Source: Amphiscolops sp. MND2022
Lineage: Eukaryota
Direction: 5' to 3'
Assembly: GCA_964187785.1 (NCBI GenBank)
Contig: OZ076409.1
Location: 2,294,001 to 2,358,000, forward strand
DNA length: 64,000 nucleotides
Below the pieces are notes generated by a model. The model was given only the letters and a program-made list of their open reading frames with translations, did not search any database and was not told the DNA's origin. Below, in pieces: positions 25,981 through 39,651 of the stretch. A program made the position numbers and the translations under genes. Each line of letters starts with the position of its first letter. Position 1 is the first letter of the stretch.

Positions 25981-28900
25981 ACAGTGCATTGATTTATTTG
26001 TTCCGTTCTAGCATATTTTTGAAATTTTACCACTGTTAAAGCGTGAAAGAAGTTACATGCCAACGCTAACATCCTGAAAATTGAAGCAGTTTCAAACTTC
26101 CAGAAAGTTTTTTGATGGTCTAAAAGCATGATTTTGACGTGAAAAGTTTTATTTTTGAACTAAAAACAAACAGTTATTGTAGTGGAAAAAGATGAACTAA
26201 AACATCATAGCATTACACTACGTTTTCATCTAAAATAATTGTTTACTAAGATATCGTGGAGCATTTTTTGAAGAAAAAACGCGACTTTATCAAAGTTCCA
26301 CTCCGGTTGTCTTGTTAACAACAATGTGCAACCTGAAAATGAAATATACAATGAAAGTAACCAGTATTCCTACATTTTTTCATTCAACGAAGACTGTCAA
26401 ATCAAAGAGTAGTTTGAATCGCATTTTGCCACCACGCGGGGCTTCTTTGTTCGATTAGTGTGATTTTTTTCAATTTCTTTCCATTACATATAACCCAACC
26501 TAAAAACAATTAAAAGTACCGGCATGACACAAAAACACGACGCAGTTCAGTATCTTTTCACAGTTTCTGGACTATTTAGAGCTTCATAACTGCTCATAGC
26601 GTTGTAGCATCGTAGCACCATTAATCATTTACAGTAAGTTCAGTTGACGGAATCATCTGAAGATATTTCCCCAAACAATAGATTATTTAATAAGTTTCAG
26701 TGATCCCAAAACTATCTCTTGGTGATGTTGTGAATTACAGCTGCCATTCGTCTTGAAAATCTTTTTTATCCCGTTAATATTTCATTTATGCCACCTTTAT
26801 TGAATATTTCCCGAAACAACTTAAAACAGGGACCTAACGTATGTTTGTCTGAATCAGTTGATGATACATAAGTGTCTCGAAAAGTTTCAATTTTCACGGT
26901 TTCCTCGATCTAATCAATGCGTAAGTTGGTGTCGCGCATTTCCACGGCCAACAGGGTCGACGTTATTTTAAATTTAACTCATCAAGAAAAGCTAGCATTC
27001 CTTGCTTTTTTAAAACACTCGCATGTTAAATCTTCTCTGCATTACAATAACGGTCACTTTGGTTTTCGTAATGATTGTTTTGACGTCCACTGATCCTAAT
27101 CAGATTCCGGATTCTATAATTGTTCTGAGCAAATGTATTTCCCATTTTTTTCAGATTCGTCATCTAGTGAATTGAAAATATCCTGTCCTGAACATTTCTA
27201 GATTCTTAGTGAAAGTTCCTCCGAGTTAACTAGCGATTGAAAATGAATACAGGAGTCTTTAAAAGTTCTGATTCCTTGGACCGCGGTATCGAGCGAGTGA
27301 ACAGGTTCGAGAGAATAACATTTGCCCAACTGATCTAAGATGCGGACAAGCCAAAGCGATATGTTATCAAAGCAACATATTTGTATGCGAGTAAGTCGCA
27401 GAAGAAAAACAGGATGTTCCCACCAGCGCGTCGTATATTGACGCAAGCGAACAATGAAATATCTACATTCGATCGCTTTGTTTGGAAATCCTGAAGCTCC
27501 ACACGTTGTAATTTCCTTCATGAAGACACCTGCAGGAACGAAGCAGAATTTACGGTTCAGCAACCACTTAGCTTAACTGCAGGCCAAAATGTTTATATAA
27601 TCATGCCCCGCGTGATCTCGTACTTGGGACCTCAGAACCCTGAAACTATGAGTCTAGATCCCATTATCCCTGTTGAAACGGCCATAACGTCTACATTTAT
27701 TGTTCTCCCGCCTACTGAAGTGGATGCTCCCAATTACATCTACTTCGATTTTTTCACAAAAACTCTGAACATCTTTGCGGCCACTCCCAAGGACAATGTG
27801 TGCACCGGATTGTTTTGTGATGCGCAAACAAACACGGCCTCATGTCCCTGTACGACGTCGGATCCGCACAAGCACTGGGCACTTGGGGTAACTTTTTCAT
27901 GTGACGAATTCAAGGACATCGCCAGGGACAAGGTAACTGTCACATCAATGAAAACGGCAGCAGTTTACATAAGCCGAGAGAAAATACAGTGGCCCCTGAA
28001 TTGGATGAGAAAACTACTGCCACGCTTACCTTAAAAATTTCAGTTTGAACAATAAATTATAGTCAACTTCAAATTTATCCGTTTCGTTAGACAAGGTGAT
28101 TACTTTGCATTTTTATCAAAAAGGCCATCTTCAGCCAATACTAACTGCTTTGATTTTATTAAAACGTTCAATTTTCACATTACTGTTTCCTCCTCATTAA
28201 TTTTATCTCCTGATTCGTTTGACGAATCAATTATTCAGTTCAAAACCCTTCTTCTCAAACTATCCGATTCGTTAATTACCTAATTTTTTTGTACTATATA
28301 GACGTACAATATGTTTGGTTTGTCATTTGGCTCCTTTATTTGAAATTGATTTTCAACTATTATTCTTTTTTCATCCCAGTAAAACAAATTCGCGTTACGT
28401 CTGCAATTCACGAAAGGAAACATTAATTACAAACAGAACACGCAGCCAAACAGAACACGCAGCCGACGCATGCCTTTCGACGACGTATGCCACAACCCTC
28501 ATGCCACGTAGTCTTTTCCGCTAGGTCGACATCCCACAGGACTTTGAACTCACCAAAGATGTCACCATTACGACTCGGAAAACGGTTTTCTTCTACAGAA
28601 AAAGCTTCAAAAACCAAATGTATAAAACTGATAAATTCGAAAATTTCAAAACATTTTCTTGAAAAAAGATTCTCCGATAGTCGTATAGTGTCCTTAAAAA
28701 TTGAAGGGGTGTTTCGATAAAAAAAGTCGCATAGTGCCGAAAAAACCCAAAGGGCCACCCTTTGGTCTTCACTCTGTTTGGCCTTCGCTCTCTTGGTTTA
28801 GTGTGTGACTCGAACACACGTACTCCTGCTTCTCAGGCCCCATCAGCAGGCCTGGAAATTTGCGTTAACCCGTAGGACAAATTTCGAATTTTTATGATTC

Positions 28901-29364
28901 ATTAAAACTTGACACTGTAAGAGTCGTGCGCTTTTTCCAAGAAGCGCCGACAAAACATTGTTTCGACACCGCTTTGTAAAATCATCAGAAGTAATCCCCC
29001 TGTTCTGAAAAACAATTTGCAACCACATTGCAGTTTGATTCGGTGGCAACAAAGGAAATGAAACACGCCCCTTACACCTGAACAGCACAATTTGCTGAAT
29101 GAATGAATATTTAAATTCGTATTCGTTGCCATACTCCGGCTTACAAATTACAGATTTAGCATTTTACAGCGAACGTAGTTGGTAATTTGTTTACAAAACA
29201 TAGGTAATTTTATATAATTTGGAGGTGCAACTCAAGTTCATCAACTTACTTAGTTTAAGAAGATTTGGGTACTTATGAAACTCTTCCGCTAAATACTTTC
29301 CCACTCTGACTTTAGGCTCTTACAGACTAAAAGTAAAAGATGAGAGGTACGAAGGAAGACGAAC

Positions 29365-29639
29365 CCTGGGAGATGAAATGGATGATTTTGACGTAGATGA
29401 TTAGAGGCATGTCTCTGGGGTTGATGTTGCGCGAGTTCTTGGGAAAGAGGTTGGAGATGATTGGCTGCAGCTTCTGTCCTGTGATGACGTTGTCCTCCTT
29501 AATACGCACCATGTACACCCACAGTAGTCGGTACAGGGACTCCAGGGCGGCTCTGCTGATTTTAGTGTCACGGTGTCTCAAGTTGGACAGACAAACGTTT
29601 GTGAAGCTGGTCCATTGTTGCGTGAAAAACTTGGTATGA
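29365..29639 (-). CDS. fry: Furry homolog exon
   Basis: CLSNLRHRDTKISRAALESLYRLLWVYMVRIK...LFPKNSRNINPRDMPL..YVKIIHFISQ is a near-diagnostic FRY segment. Confidence 0.97.
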
Positions 29640-30191
29640 CTGAAATCGTGAAACGAAACGGGATCATCAATCACTAACCATCAAAAAAGAAACCACACGG
29701 ATTCAACAAAATACTGCTGGAAATGTTGTTCAAGGTGAAAGATAACGTTGACATATACCTTACAATCGGCAGCTACTGATAGATTCCAAAAAGTTGAAAC
29801 TTTTTACCAATTAACACGAAAGTTGTCACTTAAAGTGTAGTTCACTTAATTTAGCTGAGGAAACAAACACTGCCACGAAGAGAGTAAGTCCAGCCCGATG
29901 TAGACTTTGTCAGAAAAGGACTTTCATAATGATGAAATGGAAGCGTGAAGTGAGACCCAAGTCCCTTTAAACATAAATCCCCCCTTGAAATACCTTTCAA
30001 GGCGTGCGTATGGCAGTGGGAAGTCTTTTTGGGAGACGTGTTAGCTTAATGAAGTTATTCAATATAACTGTATTTGAATGTATTTGCTCCTGATGAAATA
30101 AATTATTATTATTATTATAAGACCCGATGGATGATACATGAGTAGACTTATATATTCCGATAATTACAAAAAAGCATAAAATTGATGATCC

Positions 30192-30430
30192 CTGATTGCT
30201 AGGAGACAGGTGACGAGAGGGAACATGGCCACCATGTGTTTCTTCTTCTCAGCAGCTTGTCGCGTGCCTTCGAAGTAGGTCTTGACCAGGTTCTTCACAG
30301 CCGGGATGTTCACCTCGTTCTTGACCACAGCCGCTACCGGCAGAAGGATCTCAGCCAACAGCCCGGCGAACGCGTGTCTGATTTCCTTCTCTTTGCTCAG
30401 CACTGGGTCCTGGAAGTACTTCGCTAGCTC
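30192..30430 (-). CDS. fry: Furry homolog exon (3' boundary uncertain: 30192 or 30168)
   Basis: KEIRHAFAGLLAEILLPVAAVVKNEVNIPAVKN...KKHMVAMFPLVTCLL matches FRY [29 protein letters not shown]...KKHSLALYPLVTCLL. The homology-predicted donor is GG, not GT. Confidence 0.93.
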
Positions 30431-31301
30431 CTGCAAACACAAATTTAAGCAGTGGCCCCTTTGGGTTTTTTCGGCACTGTGTGACTTTTTATTTTTTATT
30501 GAAGCACTTTCAGTTTTTAAGCGAGGTCACACAATCTAGAAGCACTTTATATGTACTTTCAAAACATACAAACAATTTTCCATGAACACAAATCTGTGAT
30601 TAAGAAATCGCCCCCCTGTGGCGTTCTCAGCCAATTAAAATTGTTTATTTGCTCCCACTCTCAAGTTTGATTGGCGCAGCAAGTGGAATTCATGTAAACT
30701 GAGGAAATTTTACCTTTTGAACTTGATATTTCGAAAACGGTTGTTCATTTTTGAAATTAAAATACATGGATTTAAAGAAGTTAATTGGCATAAAACTTGC
30801 CAAACGGTCAAAAATCGGAAAATGAACAGCAAAAGTCACAATTTTGCTCAACATCAGCTAGAGCGTTGGTCATTTGTTTGTTTTTCTATCAAATGAAACA
30901 AACAAACAGTTTTTTATGCAATTAAACATGTTTTTTGGTTTTTTATTACTTTTTATAATTTTTCCACTTCAAACTAAAAAAAACTGACTTTATTGTTTCT
31001 TAATCTTTAATTACATTAAATGTAAATTAAAGAAAATTATTTCTTGTTTAATTGGCGATACAAAAAGCAGAGTTTGGCTGCCTTTTTTATCCAGTTGGCA
31101 TCTCAGCTTTGAACGAACTGAACATAAACGAATTTTTGAACATAAACGAATTTTTGAACATAAACGATATATCACATTCAAAAAATAGGGAGTGAAAACA
31201 AGCAAGTCTTTTCATGCTTTAAAAGAACATGGCTATTCATGGCTACAATTTCGATGAAACCGTTTACTTAGAACAGCACCGCGTCCAACCTCATTTTACA
31301 G

Positions 31302-31813
31302 TTTTTAGTCGGCGCTTTTGTTAGTGAAAAGAGCCCGACTATTACAGTGGCTAGTTTTTTTTTTACTTTTTTTCCGTTAGACTACAATCCTCGCCCTGAT
31401 TGGTCCGCTTTTCTTACAACAGAAACTACTAAAACTACTAAGGCCTAAGGCCAAGTCGGGCCAGAGGAAACTTTGTGCAAAGGGTCCCCCCTTTCATTTT
31501 TTACTTTTTCAAGGAAACCTACAAAACCGGACGTGCCTAAAGGGTCCACCCTTCCGATTTTTTTTTCGGCACTGTGAGACTTTTTTCTCTCATTTACTAA
31601 TGTCTCGAAAGGGTCCCCTTCATTTTTTTGATTTTTTGCAACTGAATGGATGTTGAAAAAGCCCAAAGGGTCCCCCTTTTACAATTTTCGGCATTGAAAT
31701 TTTTCTAAATGATACTTTTTTGTTCTCAAAAATTGCTTTCTTTTCAGTTTTTAAAAACTTTGCGCTTTTTGAGTCTTATATATAGCGCTGACTTTAGACG
31801 TTCTCGTCTTGTT
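31302..31813 (+). mobile_element. HINE copy
   Basis: TTTTTAGTCGGCGC...AGACGTTCTCGTCTTGTT. Confidence 0.82.
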
Positions 31814-32808
31814 TGTCTTTCGTATCATTTCTCTCACTTGAACAATTGAATTACTAAAGAATGAGCTGACACAACTAATGAAAAAACAAGACGCCCACTA
31901 AACATCGGGATTTTTTCCGCCTTGTCAAGAAAAATCAGGAGGAGGCGAGATTTGAACACACAACCTACTGATTGATAGTAACTGAAATAGTCGAGTAACT
32001 AGAAGTCAAGTAGTAGATGGAGATCGTGGAGTTTTGGCAGAATTCACCATTAGTAACTATTTGACTATTTTAATTCAAAAATAGTCAAGTATTGGATGGA
32101 GATTTGGAAAAATTTGTAAAAAAAACGCATCACAGATCATGATTTTCGTCCCCCCTTAAATGTGGGCGGAAAATAAAAACAATAAATTATCTTATTCAAA
32201 TCTCAAAATGTTTAATAAAATGTTTTAAAACGTTTCTTATTGATGTTTTAAAACGTTTTTTATTGGCGTTTTAAAACATGGTTTTAAAACAGGCCAACAC
32301 TGATCAGTTATTTGTAACTCTCTCGATTTTAAAAATACTAGTGTAAATTTTAAGAAATACTTTTTGTAACTTGGCTCCCTCGATTCACTTTTAAAGTTCT
32401 TCTTTACGTGATCCCTTATTTCGAGGTTTATGTTAATCCTTTCCTCTCGGCATCTCAAATTCTTTTTTTTTCGTTCATCAAACCTCCGTTTTGTATTTTG
32501 TATTTAGCGGAGTAACCACGTTGGAATCCAGATATTGATGATTTTCATTTTCATTTCGGAGAAGATTCCTTCACGAAAAAAAAGGAAAAATCATAGGTTT
32601 TAGAAAAAAGCCAAGTCGACATGACACAAAAGGTATTCACATGTACTGCATGGAACAATAATGTTTCATTGGGTGTCAATGACGCCCCCCCCCCCCAACA
32701 TTGGTTTACATGTACTGTATTCACGAACTGTAACATTTCATTGGGTGTCAATGACGCCCCCCCCCCCCCAAAAAAAAACATTGGTGTAGTGTAGAAACAC
32801 TGACTAAC

Positions 32809-32977
32809 ATGGAGGAACTGGAAAGACATGTCGAACTCCTGAATAGGAAACATTTTCACGCGGAAGAAGCGCAGCCCCATGATGAGACATACGAAGGCCT
32901 GTGTTCTCTCCGGGGAGGCCTCGGCTCTTTTGAGGTTGCGGAACTCGCCCTTGAACCACGTGGTTATTGACCGGAAC
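32809..32977 (-). CDS. fry: Furry homolog exon (MOR2-PAG1 N-terminal domain)
   Basis: LIMGLRFFRVKMFPIQEFDMSFQFL matches FRY [31 protein letters not shown]| and CAT|GTTAGT. Confidence 0.96.
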
Positions 32978-33773
32978 CTGCACAAAACCAAAACAGGAAC
33001 TTCAACGTACTTTCAATTTATTAGAAAAACTATTGTTCATATTTCTCCCGAGTCTATAGACTATATTGTATAAACCTAGTTCTATACCAACCTATACTAC
33101 CAGTTTAGCTAAAGGCCCGACTATAACAGACTCTTTCAAAAAAGCGTTTGCCGGCAATAAAAACTTAACGCTTTGTATTTTTTCCACTACCCTCCCCAAC
33201 CCCCCGGGAAGGTTATACATTTATGGGAGAAAGATGAAGATTCTTTCAACAGACTCTACAAAGATTTTTGTCATCTAAGAGCAGTATGTTTCAAGCTACC
33301 CAATCCATAAAAAGCTCTTTCCTCAATAATTCATTCCAACCACTTTCAATTCCTGTTCTTTTCAATTCCTGTGAGTGCAAAACTATTTCAATGCCCCCAA
33401 GAAGTTTCCAATCGCAATCCGCAATGACGAGAATCCCCTCCGGTTTGAAATAGGAAAAACTGACATTTCACGACTCAGGGATAACGAAAATGCCTGGCCC
33501 ATACATTATCAACCAACGCTCATAACTTTCGCAAAACCAGTCATCTCTCTTTGCGCAAACCCCAACTAAAACCTTTTCATGTTAACTACCAACTTTATGA
33601 CTGGTTGAAAGGTCCCTCCAACGGAACCAAAACGTTGTCCCCCATCGAGGCAGATGATTCTTTAACAAAAATTTAATTCCGTTCTTTCCTTTGACTTTCT
33701 ACACCTTTTTCGCCACTTAGATGAGGTTTCAACACAGGTTCCCTGTGTTGCTTTGGCAATGTAACGCCGCATC

Positions 33774-34123
33774 TTAGTCGGCGCTTTTCATAGAAAACGC
33801 AGACTATAGTAGTGACTTTTCTTTTTTAAGACAACGAAATGACAGATTTTATAAGCTTTATAAGCTGACTTGAACTAACACTAAATGCCACACTACTTCT
33901 ACTGGCACTTGAAATAGAGGTTAATTAGGCTTTTTTGAGGTCCTCTACATTTTTCGGCACTATGCGACTTATCGGAGACCAAAAAAATTGAGAAAAATTT
34001 CGAAACTTTTTCAATTTTTCCCTCATGCGGGTACTGTAGAAGAGAATACTTGACACTTTGAAGTCCTTTTGCTATTTTTGAGCCTTAGATATGGCGCCGA
34101 CTTGGGCCGTTCCCGGCTTGTTT
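33774..34123 (+). mobile_element. HINE copy (short)
   Basis: TTAGTCGGCGC...GGCGCCGACTTGGGCCGTTCCCGGCTTGTT; related to the partial copy at 1-184. Confidence 0.8.
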
Positions 34124-34807
34124 TCATGAAACATTTTACATCCTTTTGCTTCACCTAAGTGTGCTCCTCAACTGTTTTCGAAAGTACCACATACAAACAC
34201 AATCCTTGCGCTTTTTGAATCCCCAATAGGACACTGATTAAGGCCGCTGCCGGCTTGTTCATTCGTGTAAGCTTCCCAGTAAGTTTTACACCACCCATTT
34301 TTCACAATAATTTCACAAAGTAACTACAGTTACAAGCATATGTTTTGTGAAATCGTTGAAAACATCACATCAACAATATCGACGTACGAGAGCTCAGAAA
34401 AATAAAAATCCTCTAGAAAAAACATGTAAAAACGATAATACCTAGACAACCCAGTCAGACAAGAGCAACTCAAACTCCATAGAAAACAGCAAAAACAAGC
34501 CTCACTTGAAGTAATCAGTAATTATCCAGACAAAGAACACGCGGGGGTAGTATATTTGAATTCCGAAATTGCGCTTCGATCAATTCGGTGACTTAGCGTT
34601 ATATCAGCCAATATCGAAAATATTGGTTGTATGACTCGGTCGACCTTCAAAAAAACCAGCCGCTAGACTAGTAGTGGCACGTCGCTCCGCTTTGCTTCGT
34701 TCTTGAATTTAGGGCAGTAGGAGTATGTGGATGTAGCTGACTACGTTATAGTAATAATTTCGATGAACAAATTTTCGGGTCTAACTAAAGGCTCCCAACA
34801 CGTGTAC

Positions 34808-35037
34808 CTGGTCTTGACGAGCTCGCCAATAAGCTGTGCGTAGAGGTCAGCCACCGTGTTAAGCAGACTGAGGAGCGAGGGCCGTGACGTCACAGAGCGG
34901 CGTCTGTGAGAGAGTTTGAAGTAGTGTTTGAAGGGGATGGCTTCTATCCTGACTAACAGCTCCTCCTCCACCGGGTGCTTCTCTAACTGCTTGCACGCCT
35001 GCAGTAGCGACATGCCGAACGCAAAGTCCACGTACAA
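34808..35037 (-). CDS. fry: Furry homolog exon
   Basis: LYVDFAF..LLQACKQLEKHPV...VADLYAQLIGEL matches FRY LAIDFIF..LIEVLKQIPLHPV...VADLYAEVIGVL; canonical sites. Confidence 0.95.
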
Positions 35038-35819
35038 CTAAAAACAAAATCACTGCATCTACATACACTCTTTTATGCAAAAAAGGCGGGACCCTTTAGA
35101 GACATTGAAAAATTTTCAAAAAAAAGTCGCCCAGTGCCGAAAAAATTGAAAGGGGGCCTTTGGTCTCGTTCGGTTTTGTATGTTACGTTAAGAAAAAAGA
35201 AAAAACAAAAGGGGACCCTTTGCACTAAGAAAAAAAGGTCGCTGTAAGAGTCGGGGATTTTTTACTTCACAAAAAGCGCCAACTGAAAACGAAAACATCT
35301 ACATACAAAATTGCATCTTTTTCGAAAAATGATAAATCAAGACTATTCAGTAGATATAAAAAGTTTCGAAATTGATAAAACTTTACAAACAAATTGATTC
35401 TCAAGTCACTGAAATTTCGAAAAAACTGAAACTTCATATCCTGAAAGTTTCGCCTTCCAAATGTTATTAACTTCGAACGTCCTTGAAAACTGCCAAGAAA
35501 TCTCAGCTAATGAACGTTTGGATTTGTGACACTTTTCAGAATCCTCGAATTTTTGAAATCCACTTCACGGCCACTGAGGCGCGTCATCTAAAAACGCGAC
35601 TGTGTGCACAACTCAAGAAAAGGCAGTGTGATTGAAACAGGGATAGTTTTAGGCACAAAAAACCTCACAAAAAACATCGCCTAATTTGGCAAAACGTAAT
35701 CCATGCTAAAATCCCAACAAAATTTCTTGCAATATTTTGAATTGAAGATTTTTGAAGACCAAAAACTGTACACTAAATGTACCAATTCTTTTTCTGACAA
35801 AAATTTGAGTGGAGCGGGA

Positions 35820-36231
35820 GGCTCTTTTCTGTCCCCCCCCCACCACCAAAATTTTTGGAAGTAAATTTCCTTAAAAACTTTATACTAGCCTAATTAAAAG
35901 TATAAAACCTTCTTTCATAACGGGAAGTTAACGTCTATTAGAGATTTTTTGCTTGAACAAAACATTGTTCACGCATTTTGACTATACTTATGCTCGTATT
36001 AAGTGTTTTTCGATGACTCAAAACAGGAAGCTGTTTATTTCTTTATCCAAAATGCGTGACTACATATTGAAAAAGTGTGAACAAAGTTTGTTTCTGAATT
36101 CTAAATTGTCACACTGAGAATAAATGTAAAATTGAAGCTTTCTGGTTTGTATTCGAAACATTGTTATAAGATTTTCACTAATTTTTCAAAAAAAAATTGG
36201 TGGTGGGGGGGGGGGGGAACAGAAAAGAGCC
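35820..36231. mobile_element. MITE with GG termini and 8-bp TSD (Merlin- or MULE-type)
   Basis: TIR GGCTCTTTTCTGT-C(n)-ACCACCAA; TSD GAGCGGGA at 35812-35819 and 36232-36239. Confidence 0.85.
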
Positions 36232-36250
36232 GAGCGGGATTCGAACTCAC

Positions 36251-36358
36251 GTCTCTCTTATCGAGCAGCACTTGTTTGGCGGATGCAGAGGAGGAGGCGT
36301 GGGGGGTCGAAGAGGAGAGCCACGAGAGGGTGTGGTTGCGAGAAGACGCCGAAGTCAC
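36251..36358 (-). CDS. fry: Furry homolog exon
   Basis: 108-nt phase 0/0 exon (TGTCAG| ... GAC|GTGAGT) ending LLDKRD, which corresponds to FRY L.ERRD before LAIDF. Confidence 0.88.
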
Positions 36359-36392
36359 CTGACAAAAATCAACAAAAGACAACTCATTTATA

Positions 36393-36630
36393 ACAAGACG
36401 CCAGCTAAGCAGCAGGATATTTTACGCCTTTTCAAAAAAGTCTGACAAAGGCGTTATTCGAGCCCACTTCCTACTGCCTTAGAGGCAGATGCACTACGAA
36501 CTGAGCCATAGAAACGAAAATAGTCAAGTAGATGGAAACAGTGGAGATTTGGCAGAATTTGGAAAAAAAACGCAACACAAATTATGATTTTCCTCCCCCA
36601 TTCACAAATAAATTTATGTGGGCGGAAAAT
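36393..36630. repeat. Second dispersed family (copies near 230-390, 3427-3840, 31886-32175, 37400-37754) with a tRNA-like segment
   Basis: Shared AACAAGACGCC..CTAAGC end, AAAATAGTCAAGTA units and TGTGGGCGGAAAATA end; minus-strand TGGCTCAGTTCG...GGCTCGAAT resembles A/B boxes. Confidence 0.65.
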
Positions 36631-38520
36631 ACCAAATGAGCAGGGAAGTTTGGGGTTGTCATGAGAAAGTGACTCAGTGACGCGAACTGCCAGATGCAAT
36701 CAAATAGGGTCCCTAGTTGAATCTGTTGGGAAGTTTTTCATGCTGCCTCCAAGCATGTAAGGCTGTTTTTTTACAGAACATGGAAACTTTTGGGAGCCTG
36801 CTTGGAAAAACTTTATAGTTTTGATGCATGGAAGTTTAATTAGGAGTTTTATAAAATTATGACGAATTTGCTTGGCAACCTACAAAAACTTGTAAAAAGT
36901 TCAAGCAGTTTCAAGCAGGGGTCAATCAACTCGAATCCGTAATGCGGAAACTCTCTCTTGAGTTAACGAAGCACGAGGTAGGTTTTCTTCGAACAAACCG
37001 GGAACGGCACAAACAAACAGGATTGTCGGTGCCCCGTTAAAGACTGAAAGTTCTCAACGTCTTACAGTTCAGAAAACATCGAAGGGAGGACCCTTTAGGT
37101 TTACAAAAAAGCCTTTTCTATACTAAAACAAAAGCATTATAAGCGAGAATCCTTTTGTGGAATGATTTTTTTCAAGTTTCACAGAAAACCCGATTATGAA
37201 ATGAAAAATATATATCCAAAAAAAGTCGCACTGTGCCGAAAACCCGATTCTTCTTCTTGTTCAGAAAGGAGGTTTGCTCGATTTTGTGCTTTCTTCCCTC
37301 CCATTATAACTGATTAACAAAGATGTATAGATACGTGTGCGTAGACACAGGGACATGTGTAGATATCAATATAATGAAACAGTAAAAAAAACTCGATTAT
37401 TATTTTCCGACCCCATATTTTATAAATGGGGGAGGAAAATCATGATCTGTGACTCGTTTTGTTTCCAAATTTTGCCAAATCTCCACAATCTCCACCTTTG
37501 ATAACTTGACTATTTTATATAGCTATTAGTAACTAAAATAGCATACAGCGGGAATGATATCTAAAGTCAAAAAAGTGAATAAGATCTAAAGGGAGTAAGA
37601 TCTAAAATTTCAGGGCGGGAATAAGATCTAAAATCACTAAATTCTATCTAGATCTTATTCTTTAGATCCTACTCCCCCTCCCAAAATAGCTATGGCTCAG
37701 TTGGTGAAGGCGAACAGGGAGGAAAATATCTCGGTACTTAGCGGGCGTCTTGTTTTCATCTTTTACCGTGTTTCAGATTCATCAGAACCATCGAGAAACA
37801 ATGACGGTTGCACGGAAAACAATATTACACCAGTTTTACTTTAAGTGAAGCAACTTTACACATTAAGTGAATCGACCAATAAATTTGAATTGTCTCTCAA
37901 CTATAGCGCTGCTTTCAAATTCCACATTGAGTGAAAACTTTTCATTTTAAGTGAACTCTTGTTGCGAATTAGAGAAAACGAGGCAATACAATTTCAATTC
38001 CAATGAATCAAATTATTCCAATTTGAACGAATTAATCGCCGAGAAATACTTTTTTTCAGTAGGCAGCGAGAAAGAAAAGCTGAAAAGTGATAAATGAGTT
38101 TTTTTGCGATCACCAACAGCTACTTTTGTTTTCATTGCCCAAAGTGATTTTCCTCATTCATTTGAAATTGAATTGACTAAACTTTTGATTGGCTTTCCCA
38201 AGTTTGTTACCTCTTCTCTAGATTCACTTGAAATCTAATTTGCTTCACTTATTTTGAAATTGAATTACTTTTGTTGTTAAAGTAGTCGTTTCTAATTGGT
38301 TGTCAACGCTTCGATGGTATTCAACTAAATTAGAATGCTGCTATTCATTTGAATTAAAATTGGTGGTCACACCTGTATTTTGGGCGCTTTTAACGTTTGA
38401 CACTTTTGACTGAGTATTTTGGGCGCTTTTGTCTGGTGGTAACCATAAGGACGGCGGATGGTGGGCAGCGGTTACAGCAGGGAAGAGAGTCAGTACTTCC
38501 TATGTAGCATGACCTATGTA

Positions 38521-38928
38521 GGTTACATGACATTTCGTCCTATACACTTTCAACCTATGCACTTTCAACCGTTGCCATTTCAACCGCTCACAATTTCAAC
38601 CTATTGCATTTTCAACCGTCCGCCGGCCGTTTCGACCTAAACTAATTTTGGCTATTTAGTATTTATACTTAATTAATTGTAATTATTCATGAAGAAGCCA
38701 AAACGTATCGAAAGTGGCGTAAAAATTAGCACATTTGAATTTAGAAATGTATGAAAGTTAAAACCACCAAAATAATTATGTAACTAATTAGGATCCATTA
38801 GCCAAAATTAGTTTAGGTTGAAATTGCGAACGGTTGAAAATGCAATAGGTTGAAATTGTGAGCGGTTGAAATGGCAACGGTTGAAAGTGCATAGGTTGAA
38901 ATTGCATAGGATGAAATGTCCTGACACC
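38521..38928. mobile_element. Foldback-like MITE with 15-bp TTTCAACC subrepeats
   Basis: GGTTACATGACATTTC...GAAATGTCCTGACACC with long inverted arms; same family as 41490-42379; no clear TSD. Confidence 0.78.
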
Positions 38929-38945
38929 AGCAATACAATACGTAC

Positions 38946-39074
38946 CTGGTCGTACCACTGGAACAGCCCCCTGAGAATGGAGGGCAGAGAATGTTCCGCC
39001 ACTTCGTACAGCGACTCCAACAGCTGATCGTACACCGGGTCGTCCCCGAACTGCAGACACTTGCACGAGTTGGA
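38946..39074 (-). CDS. fry: Furry homolog exon
   Basis: KCLQFGDDPVYDQLLESLYEVAEHSLPSILRGLFQWY matches FRY KSLQRGEDPQFDQ...CLPSILRTLFDWY; canonical AG/GT, phase 0/0. Confidence 0.95.
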
Positions 39075-39651
39075 CTGAAATTCATGACGTATTTATGACG
39101 TCATCAAATGCATATTCCTACTAACGAGCCCCTACTAATGAGAGAACAGATAGATAGATGTCAACTCCGGTTGTAAAGAAATACGTAAATTACCAATTAA
39201 CTAAAAAACTACTACTAGGATTGAGTTTGAACCAAATTGAAAGTTTGAACCCAACTGATTGCTTTTCAGAGTCCAAGAGCTTATGCTCATTTTTCGTCCT
39301 TATTGGATATGTTACTTATGTATTGTGTATCGTTCGAATAGTAAAACGCTGTATATAGAACTTAGTATCCGATAAAATAAACCAATCTTTTCTTACTTTT
39401 CCAGAGAAGTGATACGTATAGGAGTGAGAGCCCAAGTTTCGCTCATTTCGTTGTACAAAATTGGCTATAGCCAAAACAGAATAATTATAACCGACTCCGG
39501 AATAGCCTTTTCTTGAACGCTGTTAATTCCTATCAATACAATGAAACTTTTGGTAATTGCTAATACGACGAAACTTCCCACGGCGAAATTTCCGTCTACC
39601 GCTGAATCCTTGACTTCATTTCGGCCCTTTAGTTATAAGGACGACATGTGA

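Noticed and set aside
25551..25992. Lys/Phe-rich ORFs in GGGGACCC repeats (also 16814, 17816, 40736, 43156)
   Set aside because: They lie within non-coding HINE copies and the frames are not conserved between copies.
38788..38945. Pentapeptide-like repeats (FQP/IST/FNR)
   Set aside because: Read-through into 15-bp MITE subrepeats downstream of a splice donor.
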